A DNA stretch of 32,607 nucleotides from Spirochaetota bacterium (GCA_050298055.1 JBNKTL010000055.1:1-32607); one strand, 5' to 3'. Positions 1-9,196 are shown, numbered from the stretch's first letter. The notes: generated by a model not told the origin, from the letters alone. Made by a program: numbers and translations.

Positions 1-113
1 TGCTCAGTGAATATTATAAACTGAGAGGCTGGGACAGCAGGGGGATACCCTCGGAAGAGAAGGTAAGGGAACTGGGTATTGACCTCAATGATGTCCATGC
101 GGGCAAAAAGTGA
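1..113 (+). CDS. Aldehyde:ferredoxin oxidoreductase (AOR family), C-terminal fragment cut by the window edge
   Basis: My translation from nt 3 gives [36 protein letters not shown], with TGA at 111-113. YYxxRGWDxxGIP...ELGI is the characteristic AOR C-terminal motif. Confidence 0.85.
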   Translation, partial: LSEYYKLRGWDSRGIPSEEKVRELGIDLNDVHAGKK

Positions 114-121
114 GGAAAGGT

Positions 122-523
122 TTAAGAATACCAGTCTTCTACAGATAAATCCTGTATCCTTGAGAATTCCGAAGTATTATGCGTTACAAGAGAAAGACTG
201 CCCGCAATAGCTATTGATGCTATCTGGAGATCTCTCTCGCTTATGGGAATTCCCTTTTTTTCAAGACTGCTTCTTATTCGCGCGTAACGGGATGCAGCTT
301 CAGGTGTGAAAAGTTCAATATCAACCTGGGACCTGATGAGCTCAATTTTATTTCTCCTTTCCTTCTTTTTATGGGGAGATTTTTCAATTCCATATAAAAT
401 TTCAGCAAGAGTTATTACTGCCATGGAAAGGTCACAGGGCCTGTGTTCCTTGAGCCTTTTAATTACAGCTTCATCGCCGCGCATCCAATAGCTTATTATA
501 TTCGTATCCAGAAGTTTTCGCAT
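122..523 (-). CDS. vapC: PIN-domain toxin VapC
   Basis: N-terminal LLDTNIIS, LAEILYG, DLQIASIA and LVTHNTSEFSRI PIN motifs; lies 3 nt downstream of the antitoxin. Confidence 0.95.
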   Translation of the reverse strand: MRKLLDTNIISYWMRGDEAVIKRLKEHRPCDLSMAVITLAEILYGIEKSPHKKKERRNKIELIRSQVDIELFTPEAASRYARIRSSLEKKGIPISERDLQIASIAIAGSLSLVTHNTSEFSRIQDLSVEDWYS

Positions 524-526
524 GAG

Positions 527-757
527 TCAGTCCAGTCTGAAATCTTTTTTCAACAGAGGTTCGGGAGTCTTGAAGGATTTGTCCCTTGTGAAAGCCTTCC
601 AGAAAAGGCGCGGCCATTCAGATTTTTCTATGGGTTCGATAATAACGGTTTTCCCTTTTTTTTTCAACATGACTTCATCACCTTCAAACCTGAATTCCTT
701 AGGGAGCCTTACAGCCTGTGACCGTCCATTAATAAAAAGCTTTGCCTTTTTCTGCAT
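527..757 (-). CDS. vapB: AbrB/MazE-type antitoxin VapB
   Basis: KLFINGRSQAVRLPKEFRF signature. Start set at ATG 757 (MQKKAKLF), preceded by GGAG. Confidence 0.93.
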   Translation of the reverse strand: MQKKAKLFINGRSQAVRLPKEFRFEGDEVMLKKKGKTVIIEPIEKSEWPRLFWKAFTRDKSFKTPEPLLKKDFRLD

Positions 758-774
758 GAGTTCACTCCGGTACT

Positions 775-814
775 TGATATATACCAATATATATCATCTT
801 GATGCTTATGTCAA
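775..814 (-). promoter_or_regulatory. vapBC sigma70 promoter with an overlapping inverted-repeat operator
   Basis: Minus strand TTGACA (814-809), 17 nt, TATATT (791-786). Perfect inverted repeat TGATATATA-CCAA-TATATATCA at 775-796 covers the -10 box. Confidence 0.75.
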
Positions 815-826
815 TGATTTCCTGGT

Positions 827-2203
827 TCAGGAGATGAGTTTTTTCACCAGCACTATCCCCGCCAGCAGGAGAACAAGGATCCCCAGAAGCCGTAATTTCT
901 TCCTGTCATCAACATCCACACCTCTCTCCATGAGAATATAGACATGCGTTGAAAGTGTCGAAACAAGGGAGATAAATGAAGCCGCCAGGAGAACGGAAAG
1001 TGAAGCCAGGACTATCCCCACAAACAACCCGCCCGCATGCTGTGAAAAAACAAGTCCTGAGACCAGGTCTTTAAACCTGCCCATTTCGTTCCCGAAAAAC
1101 GTAAGCTCCGAGATCCTGAGCAGGCCCGGAGGTATGGATGCCAGGAGACCCGAAACCGGTTCACCCCCCGCACCGTCTGTTATCAGAAGCGAAAGGGAGA
1201 GGGCACCGGTGTGCAGCAGGGAGAGGGCGGCAAATGCAATGGATGTTATCATCATCAGAATCGGTACAACAAAGAGAAGGGCCATATTCTGCTTTTTGAG
1301 AAAAGTGAAAAAATTCTTTATATTACTTAGGATCCCGGTATTTCTGTACGCAATGATCGGGGGATAAAACCAGAACCCGAAAAAGAGAGTGATAACCATG
1401 AGAATTGATATAAGATAGAGGGGCAGAAAAAGGAGAGAAAAGATAATGGGCCCCACACCGGGTATATTCCCAAAGAGGGTAATGACCGTATTTACCACAA
1501 GGAGGATGAAGATATTACTCATAAAAACGGGGAGCCATGTCCTGCTGATAAATCTCAGCAGGGTAACAACACCGAGCCCCCTGTTATAAAAAATTCTCTC
1601 CAGTGTCATCCGGGAAATAAGTGCCGATGTCAGTATAAAAACAAAAAAGACCAGGGACAGGGGGAACAGGTTGAGAAACGACCTCAAGGCAGTCTGTTCC
1701 GGTCCGATATAAGCTCCCAAGAGGGCCGACTGGAAAATTTCAGAAAGGAAAAATATCAAAAGAGCTGCAATCACACCCACTGAAGCAGCTGTTATCCCGG
1801 GTAAGGAAAAGGCAGAAGCAGAAACAGCGAGAAGTTCCCTGAGATTGTATTGGTTAAACAGAGATTTGCCGGTTCTTCCAGCAACGGGTTTCTTTTTCCT
1901 CTTTTCATCATGAGTGGAGGAAGTTCTCTTCTCAGGTTGACTTTCATTTTGGGAAAAAGGAAAATCCACGGTAAATGTTGTGTGACATTTCCTGCACCGC
2001 ATGGTATAATACCGGTTTTCTACTGACTTGAAGGATATTGAATAAAATGCTCCGCATGAGGGACAGAAGGTTATTTTTATAAACTTTTTGCACTTTTTAC
2101 ATGTCAAAACCGAACTGTCCAGTTTCTTAAGCTGGGTAGTGTTTACCGAGTAATTCGCATTACAGTTGGAACAGCTTACCTGCATCTCATTTACCACATT
2201 CAC
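827..2203 (-). CDS. Polytopic membrane protein with tandem N-terminal MJ0042-type zinc ribbons
   Basis: CSNC-x20-CKKC and CPSC-x19-CRKC, then a charged linker and about 8 hydrophobic segments. GTG start preceded by AGGGAG. Confidence 0.75.
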   Translation of the reverse strand: MNVVNEMQVSCSNCNANYSVNTTQLKKLDSSVLTCKKCKKFIKITFCPSCGAFYSISFKSVENRYYTMRCRKCHTTFTVDFPFSQNESQPEKRTSSTHDEKRKKKPVAGRTGKSLFNQYNLRELLAVSASAFSLPGITAASVGVIAALLIFFLSEIFQSALLGAYIGPEQTALRSFLNLFPLSLVFFVFILTSALISRMTLERIFYNRGLGVVTLLRFISRTWLPVFMSNIFILLVVNTVITLFGNIPGVGPIIFSLLFLPLYLISILMVITLFFGFWFYPPIIAYRNTGILSNIKNFFTFLKKQNMALLFVVPILMMITSIAFAALSLLHTGALSLSLLITDGAGGEPVSGLLASIPPGLLRISELTFFGNEMGRFKDLVSGLVFSQHAGGLFVGIVLASLSVLLAASFISLVSTLSTHVYILMERGVDVDDRKKLRLLGILVLLLAGIVLVKKLIS

Positions 2204-2252
2204 ATCAATCTCCCTGTATTATAACTGCTTGTTTATTAATAACAATAAGTTT

Positions 2253-4577
2253 TTAAAAATCATGCACTTCTTTATCATTCTCAAGAAGACCTTCCCTTTT
2301 ATTGATTCTCTCCCTCTTTTTCCTTGCGGGCCCGAAGACATCCATGATGACCGAATGTTCCGAGTTACATTTCTCCGTGGGGACCGTTCCCCTGAGAAAA
2401 TACTCCTTCCTTACCGGGCACCCCTTAACGGGAAGTTTCCCGGTTTTTTTGCAGATAGAGACCTTTACGATCCCTTCCGGGGCTTTGCCGAACCATGTCT
2501 TTTTTCTGAACCTGTAGACTTCCTTCATGAATTTTCCCCAAACAGGGGCCGCCGCTACAGCACCGCTCTGACCCGGTACAAGAGTAAACTTCTGGGAATC
2601 ACAGCCGATCCATACCGAGGCTACCAGGTCCGGGGTAAATCCCACAAACCATGCATCGCGAAATTCGGTATTGGTACCGGTCTTCCCCGCTGCCTCTCCC
2701 CGGAAACCAGCCATATTTCGTATGGCACCGGAGGCAGTACCGTAATCGATTACACTTCTCATCATACTTGTCATGAGAAAGGATGTTTCCTTTGAAAGGA
2801 TTCGCCTGCTCATCTTCTTTACGATCTCCTCACCGCTGAATATTTTTTTCCCCCCCTGGTCCAGGATATACCTAATTGCATGGGGCGTAACGCTGATCCC
2901 CCTGTTTGCCACCACGCCGAACCCCGCGGCCATCTCCAGGGGGGAGAGTTCGGTAGTACCCAGAGCAAGGGACGGGTCCACGGTAATCCTTTTCTTGGGG
3001 ATGCCGATAACCCGTGACGCGAATCCCGATATCCGCGCGCCCCCGATCATCTGGTAGATAAGAACGGAGACCACGTTCAGGGAGTACGCGAAGGCCCTCC
3101 GCGCCAGGACCCTCCCCTGGAAAGAACTCCCATAGTTTGACGGGGCCCAGTCCCTGTCTCTCTTCCGGCCCCTGAAAAAAACCGGCAGGTCATCAAAGGG
3201 TGTTGCCAGAGTCATCTTTTCTGATTCCAGGGCGGAACCATAAATAAATGTTTTGAACGCGGAACCGGGCTGCCTTACCGACTGGACTGCCCTGTTGAGC
3301 TGGTTGCCCGATCCCGGATCAGCCCCGCCCACCATTGAAGTGATTCCCCCGGTACCCGGTTCCAGGGAGATAAACGCCCCCTGGACCTGTGAGGATTTCC
3401 TGTAGCCTGAAACCGTTTCAAGATGTCCCCTTACAGCCGATTCCAGGGGACCTGTATTAAAAAACAATCCTCCCAGAAGAAGTTCCTCCAGCAGCCCCTC
3501 TCTCAGCTCTTTATAAAGGCGCATCCCGGTTTTCAGCTCCTTCCTGTTCTTTATGTTCTTTCGCGCAAGGACCCGGTCAACTCCTCTCCTGCCGTACTTA
3601 TCGGAAAGAGCGTTCTGTCTTTTCACTTCATCACTGATTAACCTCTGTGCAATCTCCTGGTGCCTCAGGTCAAGGGTTGTATAGATCTTCAGCCCTCCCC
3701 GGTAGACCATCTCTTCACCATACTTCCTCACAAGAACTCTTCTTATATACTCTGTGAAGAACGGCGCCTTATCATTTTTAATATTCCGGACTCCCACATC
3801 GGGATACCGGACTTTAAGCTCACCCAGAAAACGTACCCAGAATGCATTAAAGCTGTCAGTTATTTCTGACCTCCGGGTAAAACCCGCATAGATAAGATTG
3901 AAGATGATCTTCCTGCTCTTTTTAAATGTCAGTTCCGGGTTGATGAGCGGCGAATACCTGTTGGGGGCCGACGGGATAGATGCAAGCACAGCCGCCTCGG
4001 GAGTCCCGATATCTTCCAGTTCCCGGTTAAAGTAAAACCTGGATGCCGATTTCACACCATAGACCCCGTGTCCGAAGTAGATCTGGTTAAGGTACATCTC
4101 CAGTATCTCATCCTTGCTGTACCTCCTCTCGAATTCCATTGCTAAAAGGAGTTCAACGATCTTCCTTCTTAATGTTTTTTCTCTCCGGGTATACAGCTGT
4201 TTCACAAGCTGCTGGGTAATGGTGGACCCTCCCTGCCTGAGACTTCCGCTGACAAGATCCGCCATGACCGCCCTCACAATGCCTGTAAGGTCGATACCCG
4301 TATGCCGGTAATAACTGCTGTCTTCGGCGGCAATGAATGCCTTTTTAACCGGTTCCGGGATATTTTCAATTTTTACATAGATCCTGTTCTCATCAAAAAG
4401 TTCGGATATGAGGCTGTTGTTAATATCATATATCCTGGTTGAGAGTCCGGGCCTCTTCCTGACTTCATTTTTCAGTATTTCATAGCTCGAATAATACACA
4501 GAGACGAAATAGAAAAAGGGGAATATGACCGCAAACAGTATCCCTGTGACAAGAACTTTCTTAGTTAATTTTTTCAT
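2253..4577 (-). CDS. mrcA: Class A penicillin-binding protein (PBP1A family; transglycosylase + transpeptidase)
   Basis: N-terminal TM helix; transglycosylase motifs AAEDxxYYxHxG, QGGSTITQQL and YLNQIYFG; transpeptidase motifs SAFK, SLN and KTGT. Confidence 0.92.
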   Translation of the reverse strand: MKKLTKKVLVTGILFAVIFPFFYFVSVYYSSYEILKNEVRKRPGLSTRIYDINNSLISELFDENRIYVKIENIPEPVKKAFIAAEDSSYYRHTGIDLTGIVRAVMADLVSGSLRQGGSTITQQLVKQLYTRREKTLRRKIVELLLAMEFERRYSKDEILEMYLNQIYFGHGVYGVKSASRFYFNRELEDIGTPEAAVLASIPSAPNRYSPLINPELTFKKSRKIIFNLIYAGFTRRSEITDSFNAFWVRFLGELKVRYPDVGVRNIKNDKAPFFTEYIRRVLVRKYGEEMVYRGGLKIYTTLDLRHQEIAQRLISDEVKRQNALSDKYGRRGVDRVLARKNIKNRKELKTGMRLYKELREGLLEELLLGGLFFNTGPLESAVRGHLETVSGYRKSSQVQGAFISLEPGTGGITSMVGGADPGSGNQLNRAVQSVRQPGSAFKTFIYGSALESEKMTLATPFDDLPVFFRGRKRDRDWAPSNYGSSFQGRVLARRAFAYSLNVVSVLIYQMIGGARISGFASRVIGIPKKRITVDPSLALGTTELSPLEMAAGFGVVANRGISVTPHAIRYILDQGGKKIFSGEEIVKKMSRRILSKETSFLMTSMMRSVIDYGTASGAIRNMAGFRGEAAGKTGTNTEFRDAWFVGFTPDLVASVWIGCDSQKFTLVPGQSGAVAAAPVWGKFMKEVYRFRKKTWFGKAPEGIVKVSICKKTGKLPVKGCPVRKEYFLRGTVPTEKCNSEHSVIMDVFGPARKKRERINKREGLLENDKEVHDF

Positions 4578-4687
4578 CAATCTGATCTTGAAAAATGTCT
4601 TGATTTAAAAATCTTCCTGTATTATTGATATAGAGGAACATTTTACAAATAAAAAACCTTTAATGATTCCAGTGCATCTTATAAGTC

Positions 4688-4766
4688 TGTCATCCCGGCC
4701 GAAGTAAAGCGGAGAGCCGGGATCCATTTTTTCAGAGAATAGATTCCCGCTTTCGCGGGAATGACA
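4688..4766. repeat. GTCAT(T)CCC-type REP-like doublet
   Basis: TGTCATCCCGGCC...GCCGGGATCCA and AGATTCCCGCTTTCGCGGGAATGACA: two internal hairpins arranged as an inverted pair with TGTCA...TGACA ends. Confidence 0.75.
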
Positions 4767-4850
4767 TTATAAAAAAAATTTTTCTTATAAGGAATTAATA
4801 ATGACAATAAATATCAATAATACCTCTATTAATTCAATCGGCATATTCCA

Positions 4851-5321
4851 ATGAGTTTATCAAATATTAAATCGGTTCTTTTAACACTTATCACGGTACT
4901 TCTCTTCACAGGCAGCCTGTCCGCAGACATCAGGGAATCGGAACTGGAAAAACTGAGTTCATCCATCATGAAGAAGATTGTGAACGATAATGAGAATGAC
5001 AGCCCGGCTATCAGGGAGTACCTCAACGGAGTAGTTGTGGGAAAGAACAGCGGAATGAAGCTCATTGATAAACTGGCCCTCTTTGTGTTTAACAGCAATA
5101 AAAACGGGGTAAAGCTCCGGAAAACCCTGTTTTTTCAGAACCGGAAGGATGAGTTCATGCTCATTCTGGTATTCAGTGATGAAGAGAAAGAGGAATACCT
5201 GCTCCACCTGGAATACAGTTTTGAAAAGAGGAGGAAAGTCTGTACACTGAGAGATGTCTACTTCTCACTGGTATTCGGGGAGAAGAAAGTACAGGTTGAA
5301 AACTTTTTCAGGTACAGGTAG
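4851..5321 (+). CDS. Exported hypothetical protein
   Basis: 156-aa ORF with a signal peptide-like N-terminus (IKSVLLTLITVLLFTGSLSA). Fills the gap and converges on the next gene. Confidence 0.75.
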   Translation: MSLSNIKSVLLTLITVLLFTGSLSADIRESELEKLSSSIMKKIVNDNENDSPAIREYLNGVVVGKNSGMKLIDKLALFVFNSNKNGVKLRKTLFFQNRKDEFMLILVFSDEEKEEYLLHLEYSFEKRRKVCTLRDVYFSLVFGEKKVQVENFFRYR

Positions 5322-5322
5322 T

Positions 5323-6777
5323 TCAATCACCCAGTTCAAGGAGATGAAAACCGTCTTCCAGGTCCGATGATGCCCATGGGCCCCCTTTACCCACTTTCAG
5401 GATTCCAATGACAGCGTATCTCCCCCTGTCAAGGGTCATCGTCATTTCGGAAACAAGAAGTTTGCTGATACCGGGAAATATTGCGGAGAGGGGTATTCTC
5501 TTCACAAACTTCAGGTCCGGCCAGCTCCTCACCTCAACGTGATACTTTGTAAAGACATAGAGATAACGTGAACCGGAAGAGAGAGCCATAAAGAACATAC
5601 CGGGGGACGATTTGACCTTCATGTCTTCTTTCTTCTTCTGCAGATCGATCCTGTGTATCACGCCCGTCTGGTTGCTCCCCATGAGAAGGTACCTGTTTCC
5701 CCAACCGATAATATGTCCGTAGGGCGTGAGAGGGGCCTTTATGGAGAAGTGCGAACGGGCCTTCGTATCAACAATATACGCCCTGGCCGGAGGATTGCTG
5801 AGCCAGCCCGAAGCCCCGGACTTTCTCTCATCGTATTCCCAGAAAACGATCCGGGAAAGGTCGGGGGACGCGTAATAACTGATAGAGTATGCACCGGCGG
5901 TCTTTCCCTTATATCGTACAGGGACCTCGATCCTGTATTTCCATACATTTTTTCCCTCTACAGTATCAAACTGATAAAGGAGTATATGACCGGTGGTCTT
6001 TTTATAGGGGTAAAAGAAGACCCTGTTGCTGTAATAGAAATATCTTCCGTCAGGGCTCACGCCCAGGGGATGTATACCTTCCTGTTCATTACTGCTGAAT
6101 CCTTCGGTGCTCAACCGGTAGATATTCTTTACCCTGCCGCTGTTCAGATCGAGAAGAGCATAATAGGGACTACTGTAGTCTTTAAGATAATCTTTTTTAT
6201 CCACATACTTCCTGGTCCCGTAACAATAGTAGCGCTGATATTTTTCAATAAATTTTGACTCTTCGCCGCTCCCCTTGCAGGGGGGATTTCCCGGAACGGT
6301 TTTCTCGGTCCCCTCCTTTTCAAGGTATATGCCCGCTCTCCCCCTGTCCGGATCGTAGGAAACAATCTCTTTTGCCCCCCATTCCCAGAACTTTTTCTGG
6401 AGGATCATCTTCAGCTTCCTCTCCCGGTAACCTTTTCCTCTTTTAATCACAGGCATGGGAGGCAGCCCCGGCAGTTTCTCAAGAGAGGGAAGTTTTATCA
6501 GCTTCTTCTCTTTCAGGTCATAGATAACAGGCGCATAGGGACTCTCCTTTGCTTTGCTCAGGACATACTTGCTGGGGTGGATCCTGTTTTCTTTGAAGCG
6601 TTTGATGCCATGAACGGTATCGACGATCCTCACTGAAGGCCCGCTGCTTCTGCCCCGGGACTTTTCCCCTGGAGCCTTCTTCTCCGCAGTAAGGCCGATT
6701 ACCAGTACCAGGATTTCGGCAGAAACCACAAAAACTGCTATAAAGATCAGAAAGAGCCTGTTCATATTTTTAATCAT
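5323..6777 (-). CDS. Membrane-anchored or exported, probable beta-propeller (WD40/YVTN-like) protein
   Basis: N-terminal hydrophobic helix and repeated blade-like motifs (VSPDGRYFYY, ASPDLSRIVF, LSSGSRYLYV, LDRGRYAVI). Start set at ATG 6777 after AAGGA. Confidence 0.7.
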   Translation of the reverse strand: MIKNMNRLFLIFIAVFVVSAEILVLVIGLTAEKKAPGEKSRGRSSGPSVRIVDTVHGIKRFKENRIHPSKYVLSKAKESPYAPVIYDLKEKKLIKLPSLEKLPGLPPMPVIKRGKGYRERKLKMILQKKFWEWGAKEIVSYDPDRGRAGIYLEKEGTEKTVPGNPPCKGSGEESKFIEKYQRYYCYGTRKYVDKKDYLKDYSSPYYALLDLNSGRVKNIYRLSTEGFSSNEQEGIHPLGVSPDGRYFYYSNRVFFYPYKKTTGHILLYQFDTVEGKNVWKYRIEVPVRYKGKTAGAYSISYYASPDLSRIVFWEYDERKSGASGWLSNPPARAYIVDTKARSHFSIKAPLTPYGHIIGWGNRYLLMGSNQTGVIHRIDLQKKKEDMKVKSSPGMFFMALSSGSRYLYVFTKYHVEVRSWPDLKFVKRIPLSAIFPGISKLLVSEMTMTLDRGRYAVIGILKVGKGGPWASSDLEDGFHLLELGD

Positions 6778-6904
6778 TTTGACATCCTTATCAACGCAGA
6801 GAGAAGTCTGCTTATATGAAATTTCACCCTGAAGATTCAACATCAGAATGCCTGACATGTCAAATATTTTATCCGGAAAAAAAATCGATTTTTAACATTC
6901 CCGG

Positions 6905-6924
6905 AATATACCATTCGGTATATT
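6905..6924. promoter_or_regulatory. Palindromic operator-like site, copy 3
   Basis: AATATACC-ATTC-GGTATATT, directly abutting the stop codon of the 76-aa ORF. Confidence 0.65.
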
Positions 6925-7155
6925 TCATAATAATTTTTTTTTACTATTCTCTTCGTTTCTGTCCAGGACAGAAAAATCATCCCTCAGGCCCCTGTATTTA
7001 AAAAAAAGATCAAACCTCTCCTCTGAGCTGCTCCTTAAATATCTTCCCAGGATATCGTCCGTTGTTTCTGCACTCCCACGGACTCTCTTAACCGGAACAG
7101 GCTTCCTGCTGTCCCCATCCTTGACAGGGGACCTCTTTTTCGTTAATGTTATCAT
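6925..7155 (-). CDS. Small hypothetical protein (76 aa)
   Basis: Strong RBS GAGGAGG 7 nt before the ATG, with a consensus promoter upstream. Confidence 0.8.
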   Translation of the reverse strand: MITLTKKRSPVKDGDSRKPVPVKRVRGSAETTDDILGRYLRSSSEERFDLFFKYRGLRDDFSVLDRNEENSKKKLL

Positions 7156-7175
7156 TTTATAACCTCCTCAATATT

Positions 7176-7193
7176 ATATACCGTTCGGTATAT
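7176..7193. promoter_or_regulatory. Palindromic operator-like site, copy 2
   Basis: ATATACCG-TT-CGGTATAT, just upstream of the RBS of the 76-aa ORF. Confidence 0.7.
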
Positions 7194-7252
7194 TTTATCA
7201 TAAAAAAATACGAATTTGATTTAACTGTTGATAAAATCAAATCCGATTAATT

Positions 7253-7283
7253 ACATAATATACCGAACGGTATATTATGTCAA
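7253..7283 (-). promoter_or_regulatory. Sigma70 promoter with a perfect 28-bp palindrome (operator copy 1) spanning the spacer
   Basis: Minus strand TTGACA (7283-7278), 17 nt, TATTAT (7260-7255). ACATAATATACCG-AA-CGGTATATTATGT at 7253-7280. Confidence 0.8.
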
Positions 7284-7325
7284 ATAAAAAATATAAAAAC
7301 AGGGAAAATTATTCTGCATGTTCTC

Positions 7326-7356
7326 AAAAACCGGAAGCACTTTTATCCCCCCGGTT
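7326..7356 (-). terminator. Possible intrinsic terminator of the Vor/ACT operon
   Basis: Minus strand AACCGGGGG-loop-CTTCCGGTT followed by T's, 10 nt after the ACT stop. The stem needs G-U pairs and the loop is large. Confidence 0.3.
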
Positions 7357-7365
7357 CAAATATAA

Positions 7366-7794
7366 TTACGATTTATAAATCTCCGTACTGTAGGTCTTTA
7401 TATAGTGCTTTTTCAGGATATCTTTAGCTTCCTTTATCTTATCAACCTCAAGAATAATAATCGCGTCATCACTATGAGGAGCGATAAAGGGATAGAGAGT
7501 TTCAATATTAATATCCCCCTGTGTCAATGGACGAAGCACGGCATTGAGTCCCCCCGGATGGTCGGGAGACGCCACAGCTATCACTTCCTTTTGCGAAACA
7601 TCGTAGCCGTTACTTTTCAGAACATTCTCAGCCTTGTCGGGATCATCTACAATAAAGTGGACCTGCACCGGTGTCAAAACCGATGATGCCATGACGCCTT
7701 TAATGTTGATCAACTCACTCTCCAGTATTTCACATATTTCATTCAATGTTCCCGGCCTGTTTTCAACTGATACTGATATCTGTGCTATTGGCAT
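7366..7794 (-). CDS. Tandem ACT-domain (amino acid-binding) protein
   Basis: QISVSVENRPGTL and PDHPGGL, the two ACT repeats typical of ~143-aa stand-alone ACT proteins. Confidence 0.88.
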   Translation of the reverse strand: MPIAQISVSVENRPGTLNEICEILESELINIKGVMASSVLTPVQVHFIVDDPDKAENVLKSNGYDVSQKEVIAVASPDHPGGLNAVLRPLTQGDINIETLYPFIAPHSDDAIIILEVDKIKEAKDILKKHYIKTYSTEIYKS

Positions 7795-7827
7795 ATTTTC
7801 ACTCCCTGCTTATTTAAATATTCCGGT

Positions 7828-8379
7828 TTAGTTTGTTTCTGTTTCAAAGGGAAACCTGTTATATCCTTCAAGAACCACCTTTTTACTCATATCAACAAGT
7901 TTCTTTTTTGTTCCCATGAGCATCTCAATGCTCCTGTTTATTGTGTCTACTTTCAAGAGATTTGTCAGTTTCAAAAAAGAGCCCAGCATGACCATATTGG
8001 CTGACCGTTCGTTCCCCAGTTCAATGGCAACTTCATTCGCGGGAACAGGAAACATCTCCAGGTCACCCCTGAAGGAGAGCGTATCGGTAATACTGGAGTT
8101 ATAAATAATCATTCCGCCCGGATCAAGGCTGTTAATGAACTTCAGTACCGAGGGCTGGTTCATTGCCACGATTATATCCGGGGCGGACGCGATAGGAGAA
8201 GCGATCTCGCTGTCTGATATACAGACGGTACAGTTCGCGGTACCTCCCCTCATGGCAGCACCATATGAAGGTAGAAAAGTAACATAAAAATCTTCCAGCA
8301 TGGCTGAATTACCCAGGATGTTTCCAAATGTCATTACGCCCTGTCCGCCGGAACCTGAACACAATATCTTAGTAATCAT
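7828..8379 (-). CDS. 2-oxoacid:ferredoxin oxidoreductase gamma subunit
   Basis: GSGGQGV, PSYGAAMRGGTANC and ANMVMLG motifs. Confidence 0.93.
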   Translation of the reverse strand: MITKILCSGSGGQGVMTFGNILGNSAMLEDFYVTFLPSYGAAMRGGTANCTVCISDSEIASPIASAPDIIVAMNQPSVLKFINSLDPGGMIIYNSSITDTLSFRGDLEMFPVPANEVAIELGNERSANMVMLGSFLKLTNLLKVDTINRSIEMLMGTKKKLVDMSKKVVLEGYNRFPFETETN

Positions 8380-8386
8380 TCTCCTT

Positions 8387-9133
8387 CTATTTCTCCCTTT
8401 TATCTGTCAGCACCCCAAGGGGGAACTCCTGTGTCATCTCATTCTTAATCCAGTTCATGGATTCTACGGGATCCATTTTCCAGTTTGTGGGGCATGCGGA
8501 GAGTATTTCAACAATGGAATATCCCAGCTTATCAACCTGGCACCGGAAGGCGTTTGTAATGGCCTTCTTTGTCTTTCTTATCCCGGCGGGACCGTCCACA
8601 GCCACCCTTTCGGCATAAGCCACACCGGGAAATGTCGCGACAACATCTGTTATATGAAGCGGATACCCGTCATACACGGGATTTCTCCCCGACGGAGACG
8701 TGGTCGTGGTCTGCCCGATAAGTGATGTGGGGGCCAGCTGTCCTCCTGTCATCCCGTACACCGCGTTGTTAATAAATATGACCGAGAAGTGCTCGCCCCT
8801 GTTCGCGGAGTGTATTGTCTCCGCGGTCCCGATAGCGGAAAGGTCACCGTCACCCTGGTAGGAAAAAACAAAGAGGTCCGGCCTCGCCCTCTTTATTCCC
8901 GTTGCCATTGCCGTCCCCCTCCCATGGGCGGATTCCAGAACATCAAAATCAAAATACTTATAGGCAAGAACAGCACATCCCGCGGGATTAACACAGATTG
9001 CCTTTTCACCGAGATCCATCTCCTCGAGGACTTCGGCAACAATCCTGTGAACAACCCCGTGACCGCACCCCGGGCAATAGTGGGACACCACATCTTTTTT
9101 ATAAAATTTCGGCCATTTATTTTTCAGTTTCAC
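8387..9133 (-). CDS. 2-oxoacid:ferredoxin oxidoreductase beta (TPP-binding) subunit
   Basis: HYCPGCGHG; TPP motif QGDGD...NNAVYGMTGGQ; CPTNW. Confidence 0.94.
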   Translation of the reverse strand: MKLKNKWPKFYKKDVVSHYCPGCGHGVVHRIVAEVLEEMDLGEKAICVNPAGCAVLAYKYFDFDVLESAHGRGTAMATGIKRARPDLFVFSYQGDGDLSAIGTAETIHSANRGEHFSVIFINNAVYGMTGGQLAPTSLIGQTTTTSPSGRNPVYDGYPLHITDVVATFPGVAYAERVAVDGPAGIRKTKKAITNAFRCQVDKLGYSIVEILSACPTNWKMDPVESMNWIKNEMTQEFPLGVLTDKREK

Positions 9134-9196
9134 TTTAGATTCCTTAACATAATATATAAATTATTCTCCTAAGATTTTTTCACATCTTTCCTAACC

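Noticed and set aside
6905..7280. Three palindromic repeats as a mini-CRISPR array
   Set aside because: Spacing is irregular (about 270 and 80 nt), one interval is an ORF with an RBS, one copy is inverted, and there are no cas genes.
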